The translations under genes and the position numbers were made by a program. A model generated the notes under the pieces. That model had not been told where the DNA came from, did no database searches, and was given only the letters and a program-made list of their open reading frames with translations. A stretch of 33,737 bases of DNA, taken from Bigelowiella natans CCMP2755. Taxonomy: Eukaryota; Protista; Cercozoa. This document shows positions 1 through 12,952 of this stretch, piece after piece. The stretch is from NCBI GenBank assembly GCA_000320545.1, contig ADNK01000205.1, positions 1 through 33,737 of the forward strand. Reading direction: 5' to 3'. Position 1 is the stretch's first letter, and each line of letters begins with the position of its first letter.

Positions 1-218
1 GTGGTCACGTCTCCTCCTCCTCCTCCTCCTCCTCCTCCTCCTCCTCCTATTCCTCCTCCTTGGGAGAAATCAGCAACATGCATGAAACGAAAGTGTGCGG
101 AGAAAGCCGGCGTGGGGAAGATGGGGGGACAGAGATCGAAGGATCTAGAGCGAACGGTCCCCCCTCACCGTCTTACGCCTTACACGTCTCTTGTGCCTCC
201 TCGCTTACGCATCATTCA

Positions 219-588
219 GGATGGATGGACACGTCGCTGACGCTGCTGATTCTGATCTCGGAGATGACCTTCATCTCGACGATGTATCTCTACAACCTGC
301 TGCAAAACATCATCCATACAGGGGGGGGCACCGATTCCGGAGAGAATTTTGCCGAGTAAGATTTTGTCGTGTAATCAATAGTGCTGCGAGACTGTGCTTT
401 TCTGTCGCATGCAGCGATTTTGGTGTGTTTATTCTGCTGTGTTTTAGCACGATACTGTTTTGAGTTCCCCTCCCCCCCCCAACCCCCCTTTTTTTTTTTA
501 CCTTCCCCTCTTTTTTCCCTACCCCCCATCCCCCCCCCCCCCCCCCCAAAAAAAAAAAAAAAGGAAGGGAGTTTATCCATACACACAA

Positions 589-642
<54 letters not shown>

Positions 643-1322
643 GGGAGGAAATAACGATGTTGCCCTTGCGTAAATATGGTCTTCGTTTATGGATCAAATG
701 TTGTATTTCTCAGCTGCGGGCCCCCCCCTCTTGATGATCATAATTGCCCAGATGAGGCCATACTTGGTGATGCTAGGGCAACAAGAACAAGCGCGCGCGC
801 ACACACATACAAATACATATACACACACAAACGATATAGGTATCTGGCTGACGTCGTACTTTGGAAAGGAGATCGGCAGCTCGATCTTGATTCTATTTGT
901 GGCCTCCATTCACGGTAGGAGGCGGCTGTTGTCGCGATTGACAAGCTTGTGCACACACAACCACACACACACACACACACACATTCACTCATGCTCATGC
1001 ACGCACAGACGCAAGGCTCGTCCCGTCTGCACTATGATACTATCTTGCCTCAATCGTGAACCTCCCTCATTGTCCTCCTCCTCCTCCTCCTTCTTCTTCT
1101 TCTTCTTCTTCTTCTTCTTCTTTTTCTCTTTCTTTGGGAATGGCCACCCAGGGATTTCTCGTTATCAGTTGTCGCTCGTTCGCGGTGCTGTGGTTAACTG
1201 GATTGTGGAGCTACGCAAACGAGCTGTCATCATGGGAAAGACACCCGGATCGCGGCAATACCGTCCCCCCTCGGGTAGAATAAGAACACATAAGTTATTT
1301 TGCTTGGTTTCTGCTCGCTTTC

Positions 1323-1380
<58 letters not shown>

Positions 1381-4300
1381 CGTCTTACACACGCACATCT
1401 ATGCTCTCTCCCCTCTTCCTACTACACCCCAACAGAACCGCTTATCGGTGAAGAGAAGAAGCAGCAGCAGCAGCCAGACCGGGATGGCAGCACACCTGCC
1501 AGCGCACGGCATGAGTCATCTTCCGCCTCCTCCTCCTCCTCCCCCTTGTACAGCGGTGGAGTGCCAATGTACTTCTCCGGCGTCTTGAAAGAGCGCGTGC
1601 TCATGTACCGCGAGTGGTGGAGGCCGCTTGTGACTTACGGAGATGTCGTCAGGGAAGGCGGAGACCCCATCGTCCCCCCGCTCCTGCAGGACGCCTACAT
1701 CGCCACAGGGGCGGTGCAGCTGTTTTGCGGCACGCCACACTTCAAGAAATTCGCGGAGATGGCGGGCGACTTTGAGGTGCGGTGCGGGCGCGGCTCAGCG
1801 CGTAGGAGTTGTTATGATGATGATGACGATGATGACGAGGATGATGATGATGATGATGCGGAGGTGGAGGAGGAGGAGGAGGAGGAGGAGGAGGACGAGG
1901 ACGATGATAATGTTGATGAATGATGATGAGTGCATCGTGTACATGTACATCGCAGGTCGGTCCCCGTGCGTCTTCGATCGTGGGCTCGGTTGTGTCCAGT
2001 GCACACAGCTCCAGGCAGACAAGCCCGCGGCCTTCAAGCAGGAGGATCGGCAGCAGGAAGAAGAGACGCAGCGATGGAGAACAAAAGAATGGCAGGTTGG
2101 ACAAGGCAGTTGCTTTCACAGACAGCAAGCAAACTAGCTTCCTCCTACCCCCCGACGACCCGAAATATCGCCCGTTTCAGGAGAGGAAAGAGGAGGGGGG
2201 CGGGAGTGATACTAGGGGTCGCGACGAGGACAGTGACTTTGGGTTGTCCCTCGGTAAGAAAACGGACGACAGCGTGGCGAACAGGGGCGGCGAGTATGGC
2301 GACGTGGTGATGGAAGAGCCGCAAACCGTTTGGGAGCGAATCTCATCCAACAGCATCATCAAAGACCTGTGCGAGATGGCCTCCCACACCGTGCAGCAAT
2401 GGTCACTGCAGATGTCCATCGTCGTCCTGGCGTGGGTTCTGTGGGACAACCGCGAGAACATCCTCGCCCTCATCGCTCTAGGCTGGATCCTCCTCATCCT
2501 GCTTAACTACGGCACGTCGCAGATATGGTTTGGCGTGATCAACAACGAGCAGCGCGACGAAAATACGCGCCTCTGGGCCGTTCTGTGCGGGTTCTACTGG
2601 GTGCTTCTCCTCGCGCAGTACTGCATCTACATCTACTGGATCCACCGCGACCAAAGCGGGTACAAGGCGTCCCCCCCCCCGGGCTACACGGGCAATGCAA
2701 CGACAATCTTCATCTCGCGAGGCGACTACATCGCGTCGAAGGAAGCGGAGAATGGAGACCTCTGGACCTGGCTGGAATACTTTGAAGTAGCGCCGATATC
2801 TCCCACATGCACGCAAGCTCTGACGGTTGATGCGGTGCTCGTTTTCCTCCTCCTCATACGCTGTCGCCACCTCTCCCGCTCCTGCAAGATACTAGCCCGC
2901 CGCCTGAACGATTCACAGCGCGCTCCTGGTATCCCAGCCCCCGGGCCACCTCTGCTACCGAGCAAGCGCGAGGAGGAGGAGGAGGAGGAGGAGGAGGAGG
3001 AGGAGAAGAAGAAAAAGGAAGGAGGCGAGAAAGAAATGGCAAAGGTCGGGGTTGATGCTACCGAGAAAGAAGGGAAAGAAGGGATTGAGAAGACAACCAA
3101 GAAGCAGGAGGAAGAGAAAGATGAGATCGGATCTGCCGATGCTGTATCCCTCGCCTCCCCCCTTTCTGGAAGAAAGTGGTACATTGACATGATGCGCAAC
3201 TTTACTACGGAAGCGACGCTATCAGACTACTTCTTGCGGTTCTGGTTTCGAGACTTTGAGAACATCAACAAGGTGATTGTGCTGGGGCTGGGCTCTGGCT
3301 TCTTCAACGTGCTGAATCTCGGTTACATGATCTTCGGTCTTTTTCTGCTACGCCTCACGGGTGGCAACGACGCCAGAGCCTCCACACCGCTTTGGAACTA
3401 TCTCTCCGTGTACGTGTTTCGTGATAATAGCAGCAGCAAACCGATGCCTGGTCATCAAGGCCGCTGATTGTGTGTGTGTGTGTGTGTGTGTGGATTTGTG
3501 TCTGCGGTCTGCTCAATCGATGACTGTCAAAATATCAGGTACAACCTCGGGGTGATTATGCTTCGGTTGGCGTTCCGCATGCCCTGGAATACACATCTTC
3601 CTGATAGATCGTCCAACGACGACGATCCTCCGTTCACCTGGCCGACCTTCTTCGGGGTATCATCATCAGCAATCAATCGAGGGGTGGGCGGGGGGGGGGT
3701 AGAACAAGGGGAGAATCCCACTCCAATGCTTCTACTTGCTGCTACTGCTGCTGCTGCTGTTCCTTTATACTGATCCCTCATTTATCTTCTTCTCGCCCCT
3801 CTTCCTTGTACAGGTCTACCAAGATGACTTCGATAGGTACACGCGGTTGATAGCGACCGACATGTCCATCTTGATGCTCGTTGCGTTCCAGAACTACCTG
3901 AAGCAGCACCCCCGCAGTGCCATCGTGGAAAAGCATCAATACCTCGAGCGCGGGCAAGAGAAAGTACGGGGGCGACGGTACCGAAAACGCGAGGCCGTGC
4001 AGCGCGCGGAGAGGTCAAGCAAGTTAGAAATGGAGAAGGAGGAGCGGCGTAAGACGCTCGAAACGCTTCGGAGCGAAAGGAAGTTTTTCCGCCAGAATAT
4101 GACCGCGCAGCGACGCCGAGGTGAGGTCTCCAAAGAGACTTCTGGCGTGGGGGGAGGCTTGCTAGGCACCCGACGACGAGACGGCGACTCAAGAAAGGGA
4201 AGAACCGTGAGGAAGGCGGGGGGAAGAAGGACAGCAGCAGCTGAGGACGGCTACGGCATTAGTGATGATGGGGGAGAGCCTAAGGATCCTGCTGCTGGGC

Positions 4301-6592
4301 TTGCTCTGCCCCCCTCCTCCCGCAAGTTGAACAGGCGCGCGTCTCTTTTGGACATGGTGATGGCTGCCGACAAAAAGACCAATGAGAAGGAGGCGGGGAG
4401 CCGCAGTAGCAGAAGCAGCAGTAGTAGTAGTAGTAGTAGTTGTGAGGATGGCGACGACGATGAAAAACGCACAACTGTGGTAGGGGGTACTGCCTCACCT
4501 CCCGGGCGCAAAAAGAAGCAAATGGCGGTTGTGAATAAGAAGGGTGAGGAGAAGGAGGGGAAGGGGATAGGGGTAGGAGGCCAACAACAGCAAACGAAGA
4601 AGATCTCGTCTTCTTCCTCGAGCGAAGAGGAGAAAGGCTGCTTGAGGAGGACGTGGCAGTACCTCCGGAATGCTCTCCTCAAGTTTTGGGCGAGGGTCAA
4701 CGAGATGGCTTGGGGGCTCACAATCTGCACCTTCACGTGCGCGTACGCGTTCGATCCCTCGATCTTCACGGCGGTGTACCCCATCACGATGTTCTCCTAC
4801 GTCGCGCTTGTGTCGCCGCGCGTCCCCTCGCTGTTCTGGACGCTCATCACCATGTACACCGTGGGCGCGATCATCATGCTGTACGCATTCCAGCTGCCGC
4901 TCTTCTGCATCTGCCACTGCAACCCGAACGCGGACGACTGGGACACCTACGAGACGGTGCGGACGTGTCAGCAGACGAACCCGCAAAGCGGCACTCCGCT
5001 GTGCGCAGATAAGTCCTGTGGGCACTCCGACACTGTGGATTTCTGGGGGCTGCGGAAGGTAGCGAACGACGGCGGCGCCGGGTTTTCATTCTTCGTCGGG
5101 GCGTTCTGGTACATCGCCGTGCTGCTAGCCCTGTTGAACCTTCGCTTCTGGCTGAGGAGAAACGGGCTGTGGGACGAGACCGACGACGACATCAAGACCG
5201 CCGCGGCCGCCGTCGCCTCCCACCACAAGAGGAGGAAGAGCCGATATCATCCGCGCAAGCAGCTGGTGGAGAAGGAGAAGACGAAGAAGAAGAAGAAATC
5301 AGCAGCGGGGGTGGCAGTCACGAAGGGCCCAGCGGCAAAGAATCCGCCGCCGTCACTGTCAGGTGGTGCGAAGCAGAAGATGATGGTCTCGGTGCACGAG
5401 CACGACAATCAGGCACAACAACAGAAGGCATTAGATAGCACTGGCAGCGGCGTATTTGCCGTAGGCTCTAACGTGATGATCATGTTTGACAATCAGTGGC
5501 TGCCTGCCACCATACATGGGCTCATGTTGGCCTCAGACACCGATGCACCTGACAACGGCACCAGCGCAGCTGGTGGCCAGCACGACGAGCAAAGTCAACT
5601 TCGCCGACGGAAAACAAGTAAAAGTACAACGAAGCCGACGAACCAGCAGCGGCAGCAGCAATCCAACACCATGATCATGCCAACGCGCAAGGCCGCCCAA
5701 CAAGGGATGGAGTCGCGGCACATCGTCGTGAGCTTCAACTACATGACGCACGATCAGCAACGCCGAATACAGCCCACGTTCGCACGGAGAATCATCATAC
5801 CGCAGGATGACACGTACGAGAGCGGCCAGATGCTGGTGCTCGGGTAACAATGATAGAACAACGAATCTCGTACACACCACTACTACAACTACAACGGCGA
5901 CTCCTCAGCAAATAACCGTCGATGATAACAGCCATACATGGCGCATGTATGCTGTGCGACTCGCCGCTGCAAAGCTCTCTTCCCCTCCGTCTTTCCCCCC
6001 TTGGAAAAAAAATTGCTCGTTTGTTACTAACAACGGAAACGTGCTTTCAGGTACCCGAACGGGGTGTGGCGTGCCGGGCTGATTACGCACGTCTACTCGC
6101 AGTGTGTGGAGGTAGCAGTCAGCATCAAAGGCAATACCTACACGCAGATCGTCAAGAAACAGGCGACAATCAAGCAGCGGAGGACGTGGTGGTCTTGGCT
6201 CTGTGGCGGGGCCATCAGCACTGACGAGGGCGGAGAAGACTCGGTGGTAGATAGATGCTGCCATCCCATGCGTGCGCGCTGTGTTTCTATCTGTTTGACG
6301 GCTGTTATATGTTGATGTTGTTGTTGGTGGTGGTGGTGATGATGATGATGATGGTGATAATGTTGGATTATGAAAAGGCCGCGTCGGGCGGACCGGGCGG
6401 GGGTCTTTCCTCTTACATCCAGGGCGTGTATAACCGCAAACTCGAGGCGGAAGGCTCGGCGGATGAGGATGTGGGCGAGGATCTCTACGGGTAACGACGG
6501 ATCGCAGAACATGCCTATTTAAATGAACTATTATGGAGCTAGTCGCGGAGGGAGGACGACACGGATGATGGCCACGAAGAGCGATGCCCTCT

Positions 6593-6667
<75 letters not shown>

Positions 6668-9417
6668 CTCTGTCTTCTCTACTCACTACTATATTGGTGA
6701 TAACGCTGTTGTAGTCGCTCATCCTTCTCCTCCTCCCTCCTCCTCCTTCCTCCTCAGTTACGCTCTTGGAATTCACGTGGTGATCTTCCTCATCGTGCTG
6801 GTCTTCTACGATGACGCGAAAGAGTTTACGCAGGGGTTCGCGAAGAGCCAGGTGACGGCCGAGTACGTCTTCTCCATCTTCGGCGTGTTCCTCTGGATCT
6901 GCATTGACCGCGTCATCTATCTCTACCGCTCACGCACGGCGAAGCTTATCGAGCAGCTCTCCTCCGTTGCGATCACGATGGGGCTGCTGATGTCCGCGGG
7001 CTCCTTGCAGGCTTTCCAAGTCGTCCTCTTCCTCCTCATCTCGCTCTTCTGGGCGGTGTCGGCGGCGCAGTTTCGCAACGGGTACCCGGCCGTGATCCTG
7101 CCGTCGCTGCTTAAGCCGCACTGGTTCATCGGGATCCTCTTCAACATCTACCGCGCCATCCCGTTCGTCTTCGAGCTCCGGACGCTCCTCGACTGGTCCT
7201 GCAACGACACGGTGATGTTCTTGGGCGAGTGGCTGAAGCTGGAGGACCTCTGGGTGACATTCTTCCTCGTGCAGTGCGACCTCCAGTGGAAACGCGTGGC
7301 GGCCGGCGTGCCGGGAATGCCGCAGGTGTGGTGGAACAAATGGCTGCAGGGATGGCTGATATTCCTCCTCCTCGCGTTGGTGGTGTGGAGCCCTCTCTTC
7401 CTCTTCGTCGGCGGCCCTCGCGCCACGCTGGACGTCTCCAAGGTCACGGTCAGCAGCGGCGTTCCGGGCTTCACGCCGTTCACGGGCACATCGCAGGTCG
7501 GCACCTACTCGGTATCCACGGACACTTTCGCGGCTTGGCGGTCGTCGTACAGCTTCCTGGGCGGCCAGGATGATAGTTCTCTCCGCAGCTACGTGCTCAG
7601 CTACCCCGACGCCGCGACCACATGGCAGATCGTGCCGACCGCTTTAGACCAGCTGATCACCGATCTGAACTCAACCTCGGCCTCGGGGGGCACGACGCTG
7701 GATGTGAAATTCGACTTCCTGAAGCAAACCGACTCCAACGTGCAGGCGTCTGTGATCTACAGCTTCGCAGACCAGCTCGACGAGGGATCGCGCTCCAACC
7801 TGCTGGAGGTTCTCGCGGCGGTGCGATCGGGCGCGGCAGCGGGGGGGGGGGTGCTGCCGGCGAATGTGACGGTGCCTCTGTGCTACCCAGCATTCCTCTA
7901 TCTTCCTGCTAATTCAGGCGCCAGGGCACTGTCCACCGAAGCTGACGCCCTGGCCAATTGCACACTCATCGTTGACGGCGCGGGGAACTACAGTGCGGGT
8001 GTGGGTAGCCTGTGGCTGTATCTGCTCGGGGCACCGGTGGGTGAGGAGAACATCTTCAACCCAGAAGCACCGACCGTGAGCTTCACGCTGGCCGACGGGA
8101 CGACGAGAACGTATCGGCAGTTCAGCTTTCAGGTTCGTGTGTGGTGTGGTGTGGTGTGGTGTGGTGTGGTGTGTGTGTAATTGGCGGGAGGGTCAAGGCT
8201 GACTGCGACTTGACCCACACAAATCAATCCATCGTAGACTACTCGGCTCAACAACCGCCATCATCATCACCATCGCCATCATCATCGTCAATAACAATCA
8301 TCGTCAGGTATTTTCCGACACGCTTGTCAACCTGGGCGCGTTCTCCATCGGGCTGATCCCACTCTATCTCGGCTTCGTCTACACAATCGGCCAATTCGTG
8401 CGCCTTATGGTGACTGGTGCGAGCGCCAATATCATCTATAAGGATCTCGGCGACGCACGGCCATTCATCGCGCTCATCAAGTTCATCTATCTTGCCCGCG
8501 CGGACGGCCAGCTTGACCTCGAGGAGTTCCTGTACGTGGAGCTCATAAACATCCTGCGATCTCCGACGCTCATCCTGAAGATGACGGGCGACTACACCCG
8601 TGTATTTCCGTCGCGCATATACGCTAGGCGCGTGGCCAACCAGCTCGATGTCACAAGCGAGAAGAATAGAAAGGAGCAGGACGACTCTGATGGGGATAGC
8701 AGCAGCAACAACAACGACGACGACGACGACGATAGCGACGGTAATGGCGGCGACGGGCGCTATCGAGGCGGTGAAAGAGTTGTGCATCCTTCAGGGTCGC
8801 CCAAAGAGCGGCAGCATCAGTGCAAAGTCGGCACGCTGCTTGAAATCCGTTTGCTAGCCTCCACCACAATTCGGGATCTCAAGGCCATGATCGCGCGGCG
8901 CATCGGCGAGCCGCGGGGGCCGGACGCTATCAACATCTACTACGGCGGGGTCCTGCTTGAGGAGCAATCCGATAAGCCGAAGCGACGGCCGTACAACAAC
9001 CTTTCCAGTAAGAAGGTGATGACGACATTGGAGACAAGGCACGGTCGTTATGGCGACTGCGACGAGGAGGGGGAGGTAAAAGACAGCAAAACGGCGGATA
9101 GGAGCCAGCGCGACAGTAAGCATAGCAGTAGGACGGGGGGAGAGGAGGACTCCTCGTTGGCACTGCTTTCGTCGCCATCATCATCCAGCGACGATACCAA
9201 CATTGTGTTGTACGATAACCGCGTATTCGATTACAACATTAAATTTAATGCGCTGCTGCAGTATGTTGTTCTCGAGAACGTTCTCAGCCTAGAAGCACCT
9301 GCACCTAAAGGGGCAACTGCTCCATCCGACTCGTATGATTCAAATGCGGGCCTACCGACGACGGGCAGGCTAGTCAGCTTGCGTCCAGCGCCAAAGGAAG
9401 AGGAAAAAGAAAAATGA
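219..9417 (+). CDS. PIEZO: Piezo-type mechanosensitive ion channel, multi-exon, 5' end probably outside the window, with extra tandem Tudor-like and C-terminal ubiquitin-like domains
   Basis: PFEW anchor motif (IYRAIPFVFELRTLLDWSCNDTVMFLGEWLKLEDLW) in ORF 6777..8180. Inner helix/CTD (GLIPLYLGFVYTIGQFVR...IYLARADGQLDLEEFLYVELINILRSPTLILKMT) in the last exon 8308..9417. Many 4-TM blade-like segments upstream. Phase-consistent GT-AG junctions, e.g. 1776/1956, 5843/6051, 8133/8308. Exons upstream of about 1430 are not fully resolved. Confidence 0.95.
467..641. repeat. Compound simple repeats: poly-C/poly-T/poly-A, (CA)n, (GA)n in a Piezo intron
   Basis: Seen directly in the sequence. Confidence 0.9.
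1328..1376. repeat. (CT)n microsatellite in a Piezo intron
   Basis: Seen directly in the sequence. Confidence 0.95.
1813..1929. repeat. (GAT)n/(GAG)n trinucleotide repeat inside Piezo intron 1777-1955
   Basis: Flanked by a phase-0 GTGCGG donor and CGCAG acceptor, so the poly-D/E in the ORF track is probably not translated. Confidence 0.85.
6597..6670. repeat. (CT)n microsatellite in a Piezo intron
   Basis: Seen directly in the sequence. Confidence 0.95.
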
Positions 9418-10093
9418 CATCTGAGATAATAACGTTGCGTGTGTGTATTTGTGTGTGTGTGTGTGTAGTACTGAAGCTACAAATTGAGCATCCGTTGCTG
9501 CCTCGATAATGCATGCAAAGAATTTAGTGCTGCACCCATGTTCTTATTTCATCAATGCGATTTTGCGATCGATGAGGCGTAGCAATACACGTACGTAAGA
9601 TGCGAGCTCTAGCGGGAACGAATCATATATGATCCTGGAGTGAGAGGCCACAGAGCGTGCGACTGTTTGAAGCTATGTCACTGCACGCTGCGTATCTTAT
9701 AAAATATCGCGAGGCAGTCCATCTTTGTGTTATATTTTGACATTCATCACTAGACAGGTTTGCATGTAATTTGTGGTTATGATCACATGAGTTCTTCATG
9801 CAAATGTTTGCAGCTCCAGCTAGCTATAGTTTCATGTAATTTGTGCTCTAGTACGTTGTACGTGGCGCGCTTGCTCGTTGAATGCAGCGTCGAGCAGATG
9901 TTTTTCATGTAGTATCGTGCATACGTCTCACATGAATAAACCAGCTCATCTAGGCATACAAACTTGCAATGTGCATGCGCATCATCAAGTTTCGCGTCGA
10001 ATGCGCAATAATATTCACGCTAGCCCTTTTTCGCCGAGAGGCGGCTGAGTGCATGCATCATCATGTACACTCTTTCGAGACGCTTCTATAATC

Positions 10094-12243
10094 TCAACCT
10101 GTGAAACTATTGTCGCGAATTATATTTTCCCATTGCTCCACTGTACGATCCGATATGCCAGTTTCGGTGGCCAAGTCTCGACGGCAGATCTCCTTGCAGA
10201 GAGACGCTATGAGTTTGATGGACACGTCTTTGATGCTTCTGAGCGGGGGGAACAGAAGACCGCTTTCCAGATCTTGTTTGGTTGACATCGAGGCAAGGGA
10301 TTTCGCTACATCCAGTAGAAGGTCGTCAGGAATGGACTTCGCCCCGGTTAATATAGCCGCATGGCCGACTGCTGGGAAAATGTACGCATTGTTGGCCTGC
10401 GCTGGGTATATTGTGCGGGATGATCCCTCCTCTCCATTGCCATCACCGTACGCTGTGTTTATGGGAGGAAATGGGCTCCCGCTAGCGAAGACGACCTTCC
10501 CCTTAGACCAATCAAACGCTTCTTTGAACGTGCACTCCGCCTTCGATGTTGGGTTGGACAGCGGGAATATTACCGGGCGCTCGTTCAGATCGCTCATCAG
10601 CTCGACGATCTCCTTGGTGAAGGCCTTCGGCTGGGTGGCCGACCCTATCAGCACGGTGGGCTTCAAGTAGCGAATTGCCTCAAATAATGTTTTCGGCTCT
10701 TCAGCGGAACCGCCCCCCTCCCATGAATACTCATGAGCGAAGTCCTGCTTATGTGGTTGCAAGCTCCCAGAGTCATTCCTGGTTTTTGTAACGACCCCCT
10801 TGGAGTCATAGAGAATGCAACGGCTCCTAGCTTCAGGGATACTCATTCCGTGCCATTTGTGCAAAGCCATCACCAGCAGCTGAGCAATCCCAGCGGCAGC
10901 CTCCCCTGCACCATAGAAGAAGAATCGTTGGGACTTGAGCTCCTCGCCCGAAACGCGCATCGCAGCCAATATCCCTGCCAGGCCTATCGTCGCTGTGCCT
11001 TGGATGTCGTCATTGAAGCACGGGTACAGCTCACGGTACTTCTTAAGCAGAACAAAAGCATTGTGGTTGGCAAAGTCCTCGAATTGCACAAACACGTGCG
11101 GCCGCCACTTCTTTACAGATTCCATAAACTCACGGAGGAACTCGTCGTATTCGCGGCCGACAGCTCGGGGCTTTTTGGAGCCTCGGTACTTTGGGTTTTT
11201 AATCAAATTCTCATTGTTCGTGCCAACGTCCAGGCATATTGGCAGCAGCTGCTTCGGTGAGACGCCCCCAATTGCTGAATATAACAGGATCTTCCCTTCA
11301 CTTATCCCCATACCACCTGTTCCTAGATCCCCGAGACCAAGGATTCGCTGTCCATCGGTCACTACGATAACCTGGTATCAAGAGCAAGGAGGGCATGATT
11401 AGAAGAAGCAGAGCGGGTGGGGAAAACAGAGAAATCAACATGGCAGTGCTTTGTAGATCTTCATCAAATCCGCTGTGCCTTTCTAATGGTGTACATACCC
11501 TAATGTCTTGTCGTGGCCACGATTGGAGTTTCTCTAGGATTTTACCAGTATCATTTAGTGTCAGATAGAGACCGTGCGTCTGGATGTTGAGCTCGTCGTA
11601 GCGTTGGCAGGCTTCGCCGACCGTTGGGGTATAGACGAATGGAAGGACTTCTGTCGTATGCTGCTGTAGTAACTTGTGAAAGACGGACGAATCTTTCTCC
11701 TCTAAATCGCGGAGAGCTAAATATTTCTCAATTGGTTTGGCCTGAGGTCGTATCGGTAATGCAAAATATCTATCACTATGGAGAAGTCTCAAATTCGAAA
11801 CCTCTCGCTCACATGAGATATCTACTTATGCCCATCGACTACCAACCCCACACAATCCCTCACTCTAATTTATATTATCCCAACGAAATTTCTGAGGTAT
11901 CAACCTGATTGTCAGTGACCCTGGCCAACGCATTTTGAAGCCGCTGGTCAGCCACCTCAGTAGCGCCGCCGACCTTTCCGATAGTTCCACTGCTGCTCAT
12001 CTGACGGAGTACGACGCCATTTAGAGGATCACCCCTTCCCCCCTTTTCAGTGGTGGGGAGTGTGCATGGTCCTGAAGAAGCGAGGTTGGGCCTTTTTGCG
12101 AAGCTATTGCTGGATCGTAGCAGCAATGCGACGGCCAGGCTGCTTGCTAGTAGGAATATAAGGTACCTGCACCTTCCCCGTCGTTGACGACGAAGAAATG
12201 ACGATGAACTTCTGCTGTTCCTTCTCAACGGCCACGAAAGCAT
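10094..12243 (-). CDS. ME: NADP-dependent malic enzyme, about 635 aa, 4 exons (12243-11905, 11821-11802, 11769-11499, 11371-10094), with N-terminal hydrophobic leader
   Basis: Motifs VYTPTVGEACQ, VTDGQRILGLGDLG, FEDFANHNAF, FNDDIQGT, GAGEAAAG, DSKG (NADP-type), LSNPTSKAEC, QANNAYIFP. Exon phases add up to an open frame. The start codon and the 20-nt exon are inferred. Confidence 0.95.
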
Positions 12244-12952
12244 CCTTTTTATTCGACTTATTTCCGCTGTGCTTCTGGCTGGGGAAATACGGTTGAAGAA
12301 CCGTGGTGAAGAGGGTAGGGGGTGAGAACGGAAAGCGAACGTCAAGTAGGTCAAGTCAGAATGAGCCGCGCCCTGACTACTATTAATCGTTGCAATGCTA
12401 TATAACGAAATATCAAATAATTTCCTGCCAGAATTTTCTCAAGATGTTGCTAGTTGTTGCCGATATTTTTGCCATTGTGGCCTGTTGTCGTCGATTGGAT
12501 ATCCCCTCGAAATAAAGCTGTCGGGTCGGTCGCCGCAGCGTATTCACCATTGCACGTTGTTCTTCCATGACGAGTTGTAAGTTGTTGTCGTTGGGCAGTT
12601 ATTTGTGCGATTTTTATCTGAACGGTAGATCTAACTGAATAATAATAATGGAAACCGTCGCAGATCCATCCTGACGACTTATTATGAAAGTAAGTGAAGA
12701 CATTCGTGCTAATTTTTGTTCAGAATTTTTCGGAATTGGTGAGATTTTCGGTGTACGACAAGATCGAATTCTTAATTTCTTAGAAAATTAATGCTCGCGG
12801 CAAAAGATCATTTGACAAATCTCAGGAAATCGCTTGATCATCATCATATCAGGGGCCTGGAGGGTGGGAGGGGAGAGCGCTATTCAGGACGGAGCCGAGG
12901 ATTGGGAGCTGCAGTGTTTATTCCTGCAAATTTGGTGTAACTACCCGTCAGC
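12244..12952. promoter_or_regulatory. Divergent intergenic region between the malic enzyme and SAM-pLGIC genes, probably containing both promoters
   Basis: Head-to-head starts about 700 bp apart. No specific motif identified. Confidence 0.4.

Noticed and set aside
9420-10090. TG/CA-rich intergenic region (also 30880-31420) as another hypermutated tract
   Set aside because: Many unprotected TA contexts remain (tata, gtac, ttat), so it is at most partially affected.
10101-11402. Long plus-strand ORFs opposite the malic enzyme, and the many antisense ORFs over Piezo and the pLGIC
   Set aside because: They are shadow ORFs of real coding sequence or translated microsatellites, with no motifs.
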